Source of the DNA: Vulcanimicrobiota bacterium
Lineage (GTDB): Bacteria > Vulcanimicrobiota > Vulcanimicrobiia > Vulcanimicrobiales > Vulcanimicrobiaceae
Assembly (NCBI GenBank): GCA_963795855.1
Contig: CAWCIZ010000002.1
Span: 608,001 to 672,000, forward strand
DNA length: 64,000 bases
Direction: 5' to 3'
How positions within the stretch are numbered: position 1 is the first letter of the stretch; each line of letters begins with the position of its first letter. The position numbers were made by a program, and so were the translations under genes. The notes beneath the pieces are model-generated. The model saw nothing but the letters and a program-made list of their open reading frames with translations, was not told the DNA's origin and made no database searches. This document shows positions 10,690 to 19,826 of the stretch, piece by piece.

Positions 10690-10700
10690 AAGCAGAAAAT

Positions 10701-11056
10701 TGGTGGAGCTGTCGGGGTACTGCCCCCCCGAGTCCGAAAAGGCGGACCAGCGCTTTCTCCAGGCTCAGCTTCGAATTTGACTTACTCGAACGCACGCCCC
10801 GAAGCCGGGCTTATCGTTCGCAGCAGACCCTTTCTCTTACATACGCGTCGAGTCGATCGCGTATGCCAGCCCGAGTTCATGACCGGAAGGCGAAGTGGTT
10901 CGGGCCGACTCTTCACCGCCGGTGGCTAGCTTAGATTAAGCAGCCAGTGCGTATTCAGTGTTCGCGTGTATAACGCTTGCGATCGTTTTAGGAGTGCTCG
11001 CAACTCCGCCTGCTTACGTTGACCGCGGACCTTCCCGTCGAACCTATTTCAGCCCC
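10701..11056 (-). ncRNA. ssrA: tmRNA, one-piece, tag ANTEYALAA*
   Basis: 5' GGGGCTG pairs with 3' CAGCTCC-ACCA (G3-U alanine identity); tag reading frame 10965-10936; 356 nt. Confidence 0.97.
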
Positions 11057-11066
11057 GCGTCCAGAG

Positions 11067-11075
11067 AGTATAACA
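11067..11075 (-). promoter_or_regulatory. Extended -10 promoter for ssrA
   Basis: TGtTATACT 10 nt upstream of the mature tmRNA 5' end. Confidence 0.65.
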
Positions 11076-11161
11076 CGGCTTCGCAAGGCTTGGTTGCATG
11101 GTGGCTCCGGGGCAGGCGTGGGTATATTCGCCGGTACCCACCTCCGAATTAAGGAGCAACC

Positions 11162-11644
11162 ATGCGAACGGTCCTCGCGTTGACCATCGCGCTAGCCCTG
11201 CTCGCCCCCGCGGCGGCGCCGGCTGCGCAAAACTCGTCAACAGATCTCAGCCAAATGGTGAGCGCGTACCAGCGTGTCCAAGTCGTCCGGGTGATCGAGC
11301 GATTCGAAAACGGCGCGGTCGCAACCGTAGAAGTCATGCCTTCGGGTCAGTATCGAATCGCGAGCACCGGCGGACAAGATCCCGCGCTTATTGTGAAGCT
11401 CGCGACGCAGCCCGTGCCCGACACAACCGCGCTCGGAACGAACGTGAAATCGCTCGGTACGAAGACGCTCGACGGCGTTAAATCGAGCGGTTATACAATC
11501 GCAACGGCCGACGGGTCGTACACCGCAACGGTGTGGGTGAACGACCATCATCTGCCCGTCAGCGAAGACGTGCAGACGCAAGGACACCGCGTCTCGCTGC
11601 AGTTCGGCGACTACAACAATTCGACGTTAATCGGCGCCCGCTAA
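11162..11644 (+). CDS. Secreted hypothetical protein (possibly LolA-like fold)
   Basis: AAGGAG RBS; signal peptide; TATVWV..LPV..QFGDYN C-terminal pattern. Confidence 0.7.
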   Translation: MRTVLALTIALALLAPAAAPAAQNSSTDLSQMVSAYQRVQVVRVIERFENGAVATVEVMPSGQYRIASTGGQDPALIVKLATQPVPDTTALGTNVKSLGTKTLDGVKSSGYTIATADGSYTATVWVNDHHLPVSEDVQTQGHRVSLQFGDYNNSTLIGAR

Positions 11645-11657
11645 CAGGGCGCCTCCT

Positions 11658-13638
11658 TCACTCTTCGAGCGCGGCTTTGACTTGCGCGGCCAAAGCCGGC
11701 GTCATTCCTTTGACTGCCGCGATCTCGTCGACGCCGGCGCGTTTGATGGCTGCGAGCGATCCGAACGCGGTCAGTAAGCGCTTTTTGCGCACGGGACCGA
11801 CGCCGCTCAACGCATCGAGCGCCGAATGCGTCATCGCTTTGGCGCGGCGCTGCCGATGATACGTGACGGCAAAGCGGTGCGCCTCGTCGCGAATGCGCAT
11901 CACCAAGTGCAGCGCGGCGGAGTTGGGGGGCAGAACGATCGGCTCGGACTGTCCGGGCATGTACAGCCACTCGTGTTCTTTCGCGAGTCCAGCAACCGGA
12001 ATGCCGGTCATGTCGAGCTCTTCGAGCACCTCGACGACGGCGTTGAGCTGGCCTTTGCCGCCGTCGATCAGCAGCAAATCGGGCTTCTTGTTGAACTTCT
12101 CTTTTTTTGCGAGCTGCTGCTGCTCGGCGGTTACCTCATTGTCGGTACGCGCGCGCAAATAACGAAGGCGGCGCCGCAGCGTTTCCTGCATCATCGCGAA
12201 ATCGTTCGGGCCTTTGTCGTACTGAATCTTGAATTTTCGATATTCGCTTTTTTTCGCGCGTCCTTCGGTGAATACGACCATCGAACTGACCGGATTCGTC
12301 CCCTGAATGTTCGAAATGTCGTAGCATTCGATGCGGTGCGGCAGTTCGGGCAATTCGAGTGCATGCGCCAGTTCCGCCAGTGAGCGCGCCTGCGCGCTTT
12401 CCTGAACCTCCTGATGCGCAAGAAATGCTTTCAAGTTTTGCTCGGCATTCTTTTGCACGAGGCGCATGTAGTCGGCGCGATCGCCGCGCCGCGGGACGAG
12501 CATTCGGACGCGCACGCCTTTGCTTTCCGTAAGCCAACTTTCGATGACGCTGAAATCTTCGGGAAGAGCTTGCACCAGTATTTCTTTCGGAACGGCGCTT
12601 GCGCTGCCGCGCGATCGCCGCTTCTGGGGCACGGGCGCCTGGTTATCGCGCGCGGCGCGCAGGTGCGCGAGCGGCGAAACGCCCGGCGCTTCCGGGGCCG
12701 CTGCCGTGCGAGCCGTGTAGAACTGCTTTGCAAATTCGCTGAACAGCACCGCGTCGCTCTGCTCGTGCACGCCGTCCAAAATGAAATGTTCCTGGCCGAT
12801 GAGTTTTCCGTCGCGAACCATGAAAACTTGCATGCACGCCTGTCCTTGCGCGCGCGCGACCGCGATGAGATCCATGTCCAAACGCGAGCGCCAGACGACT
12901 TTCTGGCTTTCGGTCACGCGGCGCACCTGCACGATGCGGTCGCGAATGCGTGCGGCCGTTTCGAAATTGTAACTCTCCGCGGCATGCACCATTTCGCCCT
13001 GCATGCGCGTTAGCAGCGATTCTTGCTTGCCTTCGAGGAACAGCACGACTTCCTCGATCATGCCGGAGTAGTCGCCTTCGCTTTGATATCCCACGCAGGG
13101 CGCCAAGCAGTGTTTGATGTGATACTGCAGACATGGACGCCGCCGGCGTCCGTCGATCGGTTCGGGACACGTGCGAATCGGAAAGACCAAGCGCACGAGA
13201 TCGATCAGTTCGCGCAAGCCGTGCGCGTTCGTATACGGGCCGAAGTAGCGCGCGCCGTCATCCTTGACCACGCGAGTAAACAGCACGCGCGGGAACGGTT
13301 CGTTCGTGACCTTCAAATACGGGATAGCGCTTGTCGTCACGCAGCCGCACGTTGTACGGCGGCTGGTACCGCTTGATGAGGTTGGCTTCCAGAATGAGCG
13401 CTTCGACTTCGTTCGTAACGACGATCGTGCGCACGTCGACGACGCGCTCGACCATCGCCTGCGTACGAACGTGATGCGCGGCGCTTTCTTGGAAATACGA
13501 ACGCACGCGGTTGCGCAGCGATACCGCTTTCCCGATGTAGAGCACGTCGCCGTTGCGATCGACCATCATGTAAACGCCAGGAGAGTCGGGCACCTGGCCG
13601 AGCGTCTGGGCAAGCGGCTTGGAGTCGGCCGGAGTCAT
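11658..13638 (-). CDS. uvrC: Excinuclease ABC subunit C (frameshift near 13325)
   Basis: GIY-YIG PGVY..LYIGKA.SLRNRVRSYF; RIECYDISN; PDLLLIDGGKGQ; RDEAHRFA; HhH tail. Confidence 0.97.
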
Positions 13639-13659
13639 CGAGCCTCTATTTCGCGCTTT

Positions 13660-14274
13660 TCACCCGGTTTCCGATTGCGAGCGGCGGGTTTTCACGAAAA
13701 CGAAGACGATCGCGGCCAGCACCGCGATCACGATAATCAACAGCGCGTATTTCTGCACGGCGGCAATGACGGCTTGCGAGTGCGAGCCCAGCGCATTTCC
13801 GGCCAGGATCAACCCGCCGCAGAACAGCAGCGAGCCGCAAAACGTCCAGAAATAAAACGCGCCGAGCGGCATTTCCGCAATGCCGGCCGGAATGCCGACG
13901 ATTCCGCGAATGACCGGAACGAAGCGGCAGATGAATATCGCGAAACGCCCGTAGCGGGTGAAAAACCGCTCCACTTTCTCCATTTCGGCGTGGTGAAAGC
14001 GCACGTATTTACCGTAACGATCGACGAAGGGGCGTCCGCCAAAGCGGCCGACGGCGTAACCGATGCTTTGTCCGGCCAGTTCGGCTACCACGGCGACTGC
14101 AATCGCAAGCCAAACGCTCGACAGAAATCCTTTCGCAGCCATCGCGCCCGCTGCGGGGAGAACGACTTCGCTGCCGATGGGCGCGCCGATATTCGCGAGC
14201 GTCATCACCGCGAACAAGCCGCCGTAGCCGGCGTGATGCAGCAAGTTCAAAAAGAACTCCGTGAAGCCGTGCAC
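13660..14274 (-). CDS. DedA family membrane protein
   Basis: PIGSEVVLPAAG, FICRFVPVIR..IPAG. Confidence 0.9.
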   Translation of the reverse strand: MHGFTEFFLNLLHHAGYGGLFAVMTLANIGAPIGSEVVLPAAGAMAAKGFLSSVWLAIAVAVVAELAGQSIGYAVGRFGGRPFVDRYGKYVRFHHAEMEKVERFFTRYGRFAIFICRFVPVIRGIVGIPAGIAEMPLGAFYFWTFCGSLLFCGGLILAGNALGSHSQAVIAAVQKYALLIIVIAVLAAIVFVFVKTRRSQSETG

Positions 14275-14283
14275 TTGCGCTTC

Positions 14284-14694
14284 CTATTCGGAGGCCGTCG
14301 CGGTGCTGGTCGACTTGGCTCGACGCAGAATTTCCGCCGCCAAACTGCCGCCTTCGGCCATGATCGCATCCAGCAAGTCGCCGGGTTCGACGGGGCGATC
14401 GCCTGCTTGCGTTTCCGCGAGACTCACGACTTTTCGGACGCGCGGCGTGACGAGAATTCCTTCCCACATGCGATCCTCACCCGTTCCGAGAGCGCGCCGC
14501 GCCTGCGCGTGCACTTCGGAGAGGTCAATCCGTTCCGCGCTCAGACGATCGGAAACGGCGGGGTCCTGCTCCTCGAGCAACGCGACAAGCAGATGTTCGA
14601 CTCCGACGTAGTAATGGTTGTGATTGCGGCACTCTTGTTCGGCCGCGCGCAGCACGCGGCCCGAGGCTGGACTAAACTTTGCGAACAATTTCAC
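14284..14694 (-). CDS. Stand-alone Clp protease N-terminal (repeat) domain protein
   Basis: FAKFS..VLRAAEQE..HYYVGVEHLLVALL; second repeat TPRVRKVV.LA; no ATPase domain. Confidence 0.85.
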   Translation of the reverse strand: MKLFAKFSPASGRVLRAAEQECRNHNHYYVGVEHLLVALLEEQDPAVSDRLSAERIDLSEVHAQARRALGTGEDRMWEGILVTPRVRKVVSLAETQAGDRPVEPGDLLDAIMAEGGSLAAEILRRAKSTSTATASE

Positions 14695-14743
14695 GTCCGG
14701 GGCGCACGGCGTTTACGCCGGAGTGCCTGCGATGTGGAGAATA

Positions 14744-14817
14744 TCGGGGCGACTGGATTCGAACCAGCGACCTCTTCGTCCCGAACGAAGCGCTCTACCA
14801 AGCTGAGCCACGCCCCG
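14744..14817 (-). tRNA. tRNA-Pro (anticodon CGG), CCA not encoded
   Basis: CGGGGCG acceptor stem, anticodon arm CTTCG-TTCGGGA-CGAAG, T loop GGTTCGAATCC. Confidence 0.97.
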
Positions 14818-14920
14818 ACAACAAAAACTCCCATTGGTTCGGGCGGTCGTCCCTCCCTCCTGCAAAGACGCCGATCCGGTGCGGGAAAGTCGTAAAGCGC
14901 TAAGAAGACCCTTCAAACGC

Positions 14921-15604
14921 ATGAGATATCTGATCGTCGGTTGCGGTCGCGTGGGTTCGACCCTCGCCAAGCTCCTCGACGCCGACAGCAACGAAGTCAT
15001 CGTCGTAGATGAAAATCCTTCGGCCTTCAAACGGCTCGGTCAGAAGTTCAAAGGACATGTCGTCGTGGGCACCGGGATAGATTACGACGTGCTCAAACGC
15101 GCCGGCGCTCAGACCGCCGACGGTTTCATTGCCGTAACCAACGGCGACAACCGCAACGTCATGGCCGCTCTCATCGCGCAGCGGATGTTCGGCATAAAAA
15201 AGGTCGTTGCCCGAATCTACGATCCGACGCGCGGTATGATGTATCGGGATTTAGGTATCGAAACCGTTTGTCCGACCACGGTCGGCGCGAAAATGATTCG
15301 CGACATGCTGCTGGAGGCGCCGTGGGATGCGCTGCAGTCGTTCGATTTCGGCAAAGTCACCTCGGTGCGCGCGGTCGTGCGCGCCGCCGATTCCGGCAAA
15401 CGGGTAGCGGAATTCGAACGTCCGGGACGGATCAGGATCGCGGCTGTGCGGACCGGGAAGACCGTGCGCGTGCCCGGCGACGATACTATCCTGAGCGAAG
15501 GCGATGAGATCAACGCGATCGTGGCGCCGGACGGCGTCAGCGAATTCGCGCAGATGTTTCAACTCGATCGCGAACGCGTCGCGGCGTCATCCGGAGGCGC
15601 ATAG
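14921..15604 (+). CDS. TrkA/KtrA-family potassium uptake regulatory subunit
   Basis: IVGCGRVG Rossmann motif, AVTNGDNRN, C-terminal TrkA-C-like segment. Confidence 0.9.
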   Translation: MRYLIVGCGRVGSTLAKLLDADSNEVIVVDENPSAFKRLGQKFKGHVVVGTGIDYDVLKRAGAQTADGFIAVTNGDNRNVMAALIAQRMFGIKKVVARIYDPTRGMMYRDLGIETVCPTTVGAKMIRDMLLEAPWDALQSFDFGKVTSVRAVVRAADSGKRVAEFERPGRIRIAAVRTGKTVRVPGDDTILSEGDEINAIVAPDGVSEFAQMFQLDRERVAASSGGA

Positions 15605-15606
15605 CG

Positions 15607-16028
15607 TGTTCGTCCTGATCGTCGGCGGCGGGAAAGTCGGTTCGTATCTGACGCGCGCGCTCCTGAAGCAAGGCCACGAAGTCGTCATGGTCGAGAAAGA
15701 GGAACGCAAGGCGCGTATGCTCGAGCAAATGATCGAGCAAAAAGTCACCGTCGTCGGGGACGGCTGCGATCCGCTCGTCCTGGAACAAGGCGGGTTGGCC
15801 CGCGCCGACGTCGTGGTCGCAGATACGGGCGACGACGAAGACAACTTGGTCGTTTGCTTGATCGCGAAAAAAAAGAACGCCGTCGCGCGCTGCATTGCAC
15901 GCGTCAACAACCCCGCGAACAAGATGATTTTTGATTCGCTCGACCGGAGCAACCCGGTTTCGATCATTTCGTCCACGGAGATCATCCTGGACGTCATCAG
16001 CAAACAGATCAGCGAACCGGTTCCCTAG
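15607..16028 (+). CDS. TrkA-N domain-only protein
   Basis: IVGGGKVG, GDGCDP, TGDDEDNLV, IARVNNP. Confidence 0.88.
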
Positions 16029-16035
16029 ACTCCGT

Positions 16036-17130
16036 TCACAAGTCCAAACGCTGCAAGCGCCACGTCAGCGTGAGCGTGCCCACGAGTATCGTCACGACGA
16101 CGACCGCAAATGTGGCGTCGATTAGCAACGTTCGCTGCGCGATCGCAGCGGGAGTAGCCAACGCCAGTGCGAGGGAAAGTGCGCCGCGAATGCCGGCCAT
16201 GCGTACGACGGTTTGCCAGAGCGGCTTGAGCTGGGCGCGCGCGAATGCGAGCAACCCGTACGAGAGCAGCACTCGGGCAAGCAGAACTGCGGCCAGCGTT
16301 ATCGCCGCCGCCGGTAATACGCGCGCCAATCGCGTGAAATCGAGAGCCGCTCCCACGAGGAAGAACAGAACGAAGTTTGCGGCGAGCGCCGCAGCATCCC
16401 AAAACTTTTCGACGCCCTCGGCGGACGCCACGCTGAGGCGATGGCGTTCTAGTTCGCGAAGCACGATGCCGAAGGTCAGGACGGCGAAGATTCCCGACCA
16501 GCTGAAACGCTCGGCCAAAGCATAGGCGCCGTAAGCGCCGGCGAACGTCGCGAAACTCTGCACTGGCGCGGCAATCTGCTCGCGAAGTGCGAAAGCCGCC
16601 GCAAAGGCGAGCGCGGCGCCAATCGCGATTCCGGCGAACACGCCGACTATTGCTTGCGCGACGGCATGAACGACCGTACCATTCGTTCCCGACAACAGGA
16701 TCGCCGCGACCGTTGCGCGATAGAGCACGACCGCAACGGCATCGTTGAGCAGCGACTCGCTTTCCACGATGGTGGCGAGCTCGCGCGGCACGGGCAGCCG
16801 GCGGAACAACGCAACGACCGCGACCGGATCCGTCGCGCTGAGAATCGCGCCAAGTACGAGCGCGGCACTCCAGCCGAAGCCGCCGGCGTAATGCACGCAC
16901 AGCGCGATCACGACGGCGGTCAGTGCGACGCCTGGAACGGCCAGCAGCACGATCGGCCACGACGCCCTGCGCATCAGATGAAAATCGAGATGCCAGGCGC
17001 CTTCGAAAATCAGCGCAGGAAGAAAGACGTAAAGCGTCGCTTGACCGAAAAGCGTCGTCAACCGGCCCGGAAACGCGACACCGACGGCAATTCCCGCAAT
17101 CAGCAGTGCGGCGATGTGCCACAGCTTCAC
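16036..17130 (-). CDS. CPA1 cation:proton antiporter (NhaP-like)
   Basis: FLPALIFE, SATDPVAV, ESESLLNDA, GIRGALSLAL. Confidence 0.9.
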   Translation of the reverse strand: MKLWHIAALLIAGIAVGVAFPGRLTTLFGQATLYVFLPALIFEGAWHLDFHLMRRASWPIVLLAVPGVALTAVVIALCVHYAGGFGWSAALVLGAILSATDPVAVVALFRRLPVPRELATIVESESLLNDAVAVVLYRATVAAILLSGTNGTVVHAVAQAIVGVFAGIAIGAALAFAAAFALREQIAAPVQSFATFAGAYGAYALAERFSWSGIFAVLTFGIVLRELERHRLSVASAEGVEKFWDAAALAANFVLFFLVGAALDFTRLARVLPAAAITLAAVLLARVLLSYGLLAFARAQLKPLWQTVVRMAGIRGALSLALALATPAAIAQRTLLIDATFAVVVVTILVGTLTLTWRLQRLDL

Positions 17131-17142
17131 TGCGGCGCCGCT

Positions 17143-18351
17143 TCAGTGCGTGTGCGTGAAGTTGCCAACGGCGACGCCCGCATCGCGAACGGCGGCCAGC
17201 GCGCGACGCATGCCGACCGGCTGCCGCGGCCGTCCGACCGTTTCGAAATACCATTCCGGATCGATGTTGAGGGTGCGCGTTTGAATCATATCGACGTGAA
17301 TCTCGCTCAGTATCGCCTGCATGACGGCAACTTCTTCTTCGTCGTCCGTGATGCCCGGATGCGTGAGCAAGTTCAGCGATAGGCGCAGTCCCGCGCTCGA
17401 GGCGATGCGCATGGATTGGAAAACGTCGTCGAGATCGTATCCGGCCGGCCGGTAATACGCGGCGTAAGTGTGTGGGCGAAACGAATTCAGGCTAATGCGC
17501 ACCGCCTGGAGCCCGGAGTCGATGCAGCGCTGCAGCGCCGACGGCATGCTGCCGTTCGTATTGAGATTGATCGTGCCGTTACTACACTCTTTGCGAATCA
17601 GTTCGATGGCGCGCGCAATCGTAATCGAACGCAGCAATGGTTCGCCCTCGCAGCCTTGCCCGAAGGAGACGATGCCGTCAGGCACGCGTTGAAGATGGTG
17701 AACCGCGACCCGTGCCAACTCTTCGGCGGACGTTTCGAACGTTATACGCGTCTGGGGCGAAGGCAACGCTGCTTCAGGTTCTTGTTCGGAAATGCAGCCG
17801 ACGCAGCGAGCGTTGCACTTGGGAGAAACGGGAAGCGCGGCCTCGCCGCGTTCGAGGAACACGTTCTGCGCCGTAAAGCAGCCGTACTCGCGCGAGCAGA
17901 GCGCGACTTGGCGCAAAACGCGATTCGCCGGATCCGCCGCGATGCGCCTCTCCAAGAGCGCCTCGAGTTCTCCCTCCGCGAACCGCCGCGGCTGCCAGTC
18001 CTCGCTCTCATCGGTGCGCATCGCCGCAACGTGCAACTGGTCGTCGACGACGCACGCGAAGGTGTAGCCGAAAAGCGGCAGCGATGGTGCATCTGCGTCG
18101 CGAGCGTATGCGGGCAGAAGCAATCGCGTGTACCCCGCGGGAAGCATCGCGGCGAGCGCGTACCGGCGTTTCGCCGTGCCTTCGCGCAGCAGCGGATGGC
18201 GCCCCGGCAAAACCATCGGCACCGTTCCGTCTGGTGCGGGCACGAGTTCGCCGGGCTCGACCGCGCGTACGGCACCGCCGTCAGCGAGCGGTTCCCGATG
18301 CTCGTCGAAATAGATCCGTCCCGCTTTATCGCAGTAGGCAAGCCCGATCAT
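17143..18351 (-). CDS. Radical SAM protein of unknown function
   Basis: CNARCVGC motif, SFGQGCEGEP, NLNTNGS; ATGA overlap with the GNAT stop. Confidence 0.9.
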   Translation of the reverse strand: MIGLAYCDKAGRIYFDEHREPLADGGAVRAVEPGELVPAPDGTVPMVLPGRHPLLREGTAKRRYALAAMLPAGYTRLLLPAYARDADAPSLPLFGYTFACVVDDQLHVAAMRTDESEDWQPRRFAEGELEALLERRIAADPANRVLRQVALCSREYGCFTAQNVFLERGEAALPVSPKCNARCVGCISEQEPEAALPSPQTRITFETSAEELARVAVHHLQRVPDGIVSFGQGCEGEPLLRSITIARAIELIRKECSNGTINLNTNGSMPSALQRCIDSGLQAVRISLNSFRPHTYAAYYRPAGYDLDDVFQSMRIASSAGLRLSLNLLTHPGITDDEEEVAVMQAILSEIHVDMIQTRTLNIDPEWYFETVGRPRQPVGMRRALAAVRDAGVAVGNFTHTH

Positions 18352-18797
18352 AGTTCTTTGTTGAATGCGTGCTGAGTCTTGAGTACGTCGTACCCCAGGC
18401 GCTTGTAGAATTCGTGCGCGCGCTCCCGCACGACGTTCGAAACCAAACGCATGGACGTGCAGCCGTGACGCTGCGCCCACGCCTCGGCAGACTCGACGAG
18501 AAGTTGACCGATCCCGTTTCCGCGGTATTCGTCCTCGACGACGAGTCCCTCGATGTGCGCGCGTCCGCTTTCGATTAGCGAGTTGCGCAGCGCGACGCCA
18601 ATCCATCCGATGACTCCCGCCCGCGGAACGACCGCGACGAGGACCGCTCGTTCGCCGTTCAGTGCGTTCAAAACACGCGCGACATGCGCCGTTGAAACTT
18701 GGTATCCGAGTTGGCCGGCAAGGCTTGCGATGCGTTGTGCGTCGCTCGCGAGCGCATCGCGCACGGAGGCGCCGTGCCGGCTAGACGGGGACTGCAT
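18348..18797 (-). CDS. GNAT N-acetyltransferase
   Basis: LVVEDEYRGNGIG, AHEFYKRLGY. Confidence 0.9.
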   Translation of the reverse strand: MQSPSSRHGASVRDALASDAQRIASLAGQLGYQVSTAHVARVLNALNGERAVLVAVVPRAGVIGWIGVALRNSLIESGRAHIEGLVVEDEYRGNGIGQLLVESAEAWAQRHGCTSMRLVSNVVRERAHEFYKRLGYDVLKTQHAFNKEL

Positions 18798-19545
18798 GAA
18801 CCGCTTCCACGACCGTATCGAAGACGCGCACTGCCGGTCCCGTCAAGCGCGGTTCGGTCGTGCCGTTCCACTCGACGAGCACGTGACCACCCGGTACGCG
18901 TATGTCGACCGGCGAATCCGCCAATCCGCGCCGAATCGCCGCCGCGGCGCACGCCACTGCTCCGGTGCCGCACGAATACGTCAAACCGGCGCCCCGTTCG
19001 TAGTGACGCACGCGCATGTGGTTCCGGTCGATGACGACGGCCGCGTGTATGTTCACGTCGGGATTCGATCGCCCGAGCATCTCCACGTCCACGTCTTCGA
19101 GCGATCGCGCGAAAATCACGACGTGCGGATTCCCGACCCACACGAAATCCGCGTCGGAAAACGGAAGCGTCCGGGCTTCGAAACGCGGCATGCTGACGTT
19201 CAGGCGCACGTCGCCGTTTTCGAGCACGCTCGCGAGGATCGTTCCGGCCAGCGTTTCGAAACGAAAATCCGACCCCTCGCCCGCGTCGGCTAGAAAACGT
19301 GCGGCGCAGCGCGCGCCGTTACCGCACATTTCCGCTTCGCTGCCGTCTGCGTTGATCACGCGCATGCGCACGTCGGCGGTTTCCGAGGGAAATAACGCGA
19401 TTACGCCGTCTGCGCCGACGCCCCCGCGCCGATCGCATGCATTTCTTGCAAATGCGTGCAGATCCGCGACGGTCGGGGGCCGCTGGTCGAGAACGATGAA
19501 ATCGTTGAACGTGCCGTGCATCTTCGTCACGGCGACGGAGGACAT
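18781..19545 (-). CDS. dapF: Diaminopimelate epimerase
   Basis: KMHGTFNDF, GVGADG, NADGSEAEMCGNG, ERGAGLTYSCGTG. Confidence 0.96.
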   Translation of the reverse strand: MSSVAVTKMHGTFNDFIVLDQRPPTVADLHAFARNACDRRGGVGADGVIALFPSETADVRMRVINADGSEAEMCGNGARCAARFLADAGEGSDFRFETLAGTILASVLENGDVRLNVSMPRFEARTLPFSDADFVWVGNPHVVIFARSLEDVDVEMLGRSNPDVNIHAAVVIDRNHMRVRHYERGAGLTYSCGTGAVACAAAAIRRGLADSPVDIRVPGGHVLVEWNGTTEPRLTGPAVRVFDTVVEAVHAVPV

Positions 19546-19826
19546 CAGCCTGACGTTACTTCTTCGCGCTCGGGCGTTTGCGCCGGCGCGGGTTCGGGAC
19601 TGGCGAACGGACCTTGAGGCGAAATCGTCGAGACGGCATGTTTGTAAATCAAGTGGGTCTTACGCTCGTACTCGATCAAAATGGTGAAGGGATCGAAGCC
19701 CTTGACGATGCCGCGCAATTGGAAGCCGTTGACCAGATAAACGGTCACGGGAACGCCTTGCCGCTTGATTTCGGCTAGGTACGTATCTTGCAGGCTGCCC
19801 GGCATGTTAGCGGGCTTCAAACCCAT
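19545..19826 (-). CDS. hfq: RNA chaperone Hfq (start 19826 or 19805)
   Basis: LQDTYL, VYLVNGFQLRG, LIYKHAVSTI. Confidence 0.97.
   Translation of the reverse strand: MGLKPANMPGSLQDTYLAEIKRQGVPVTVYLVNGFQLRGIVKGFDPFTILIEYERKTHLIYKHAVSTISPQGPFASPEPAPAQTPEREEVTSG

Noticed and set aside
10958..11152. 64-aa plus-strand ORF with a signal-like start
   Set aside because: Antisense to the tmRNA and its promoter
13258..13340. Split uvrC as a pseudogene or programmed frameshift
   Set aside because: Similar single indels hit TolC, MFP, TPR, M55 and a binding-protein gene with otherwise intact motifs, and no slippery site was seen; sequencing error is more likely
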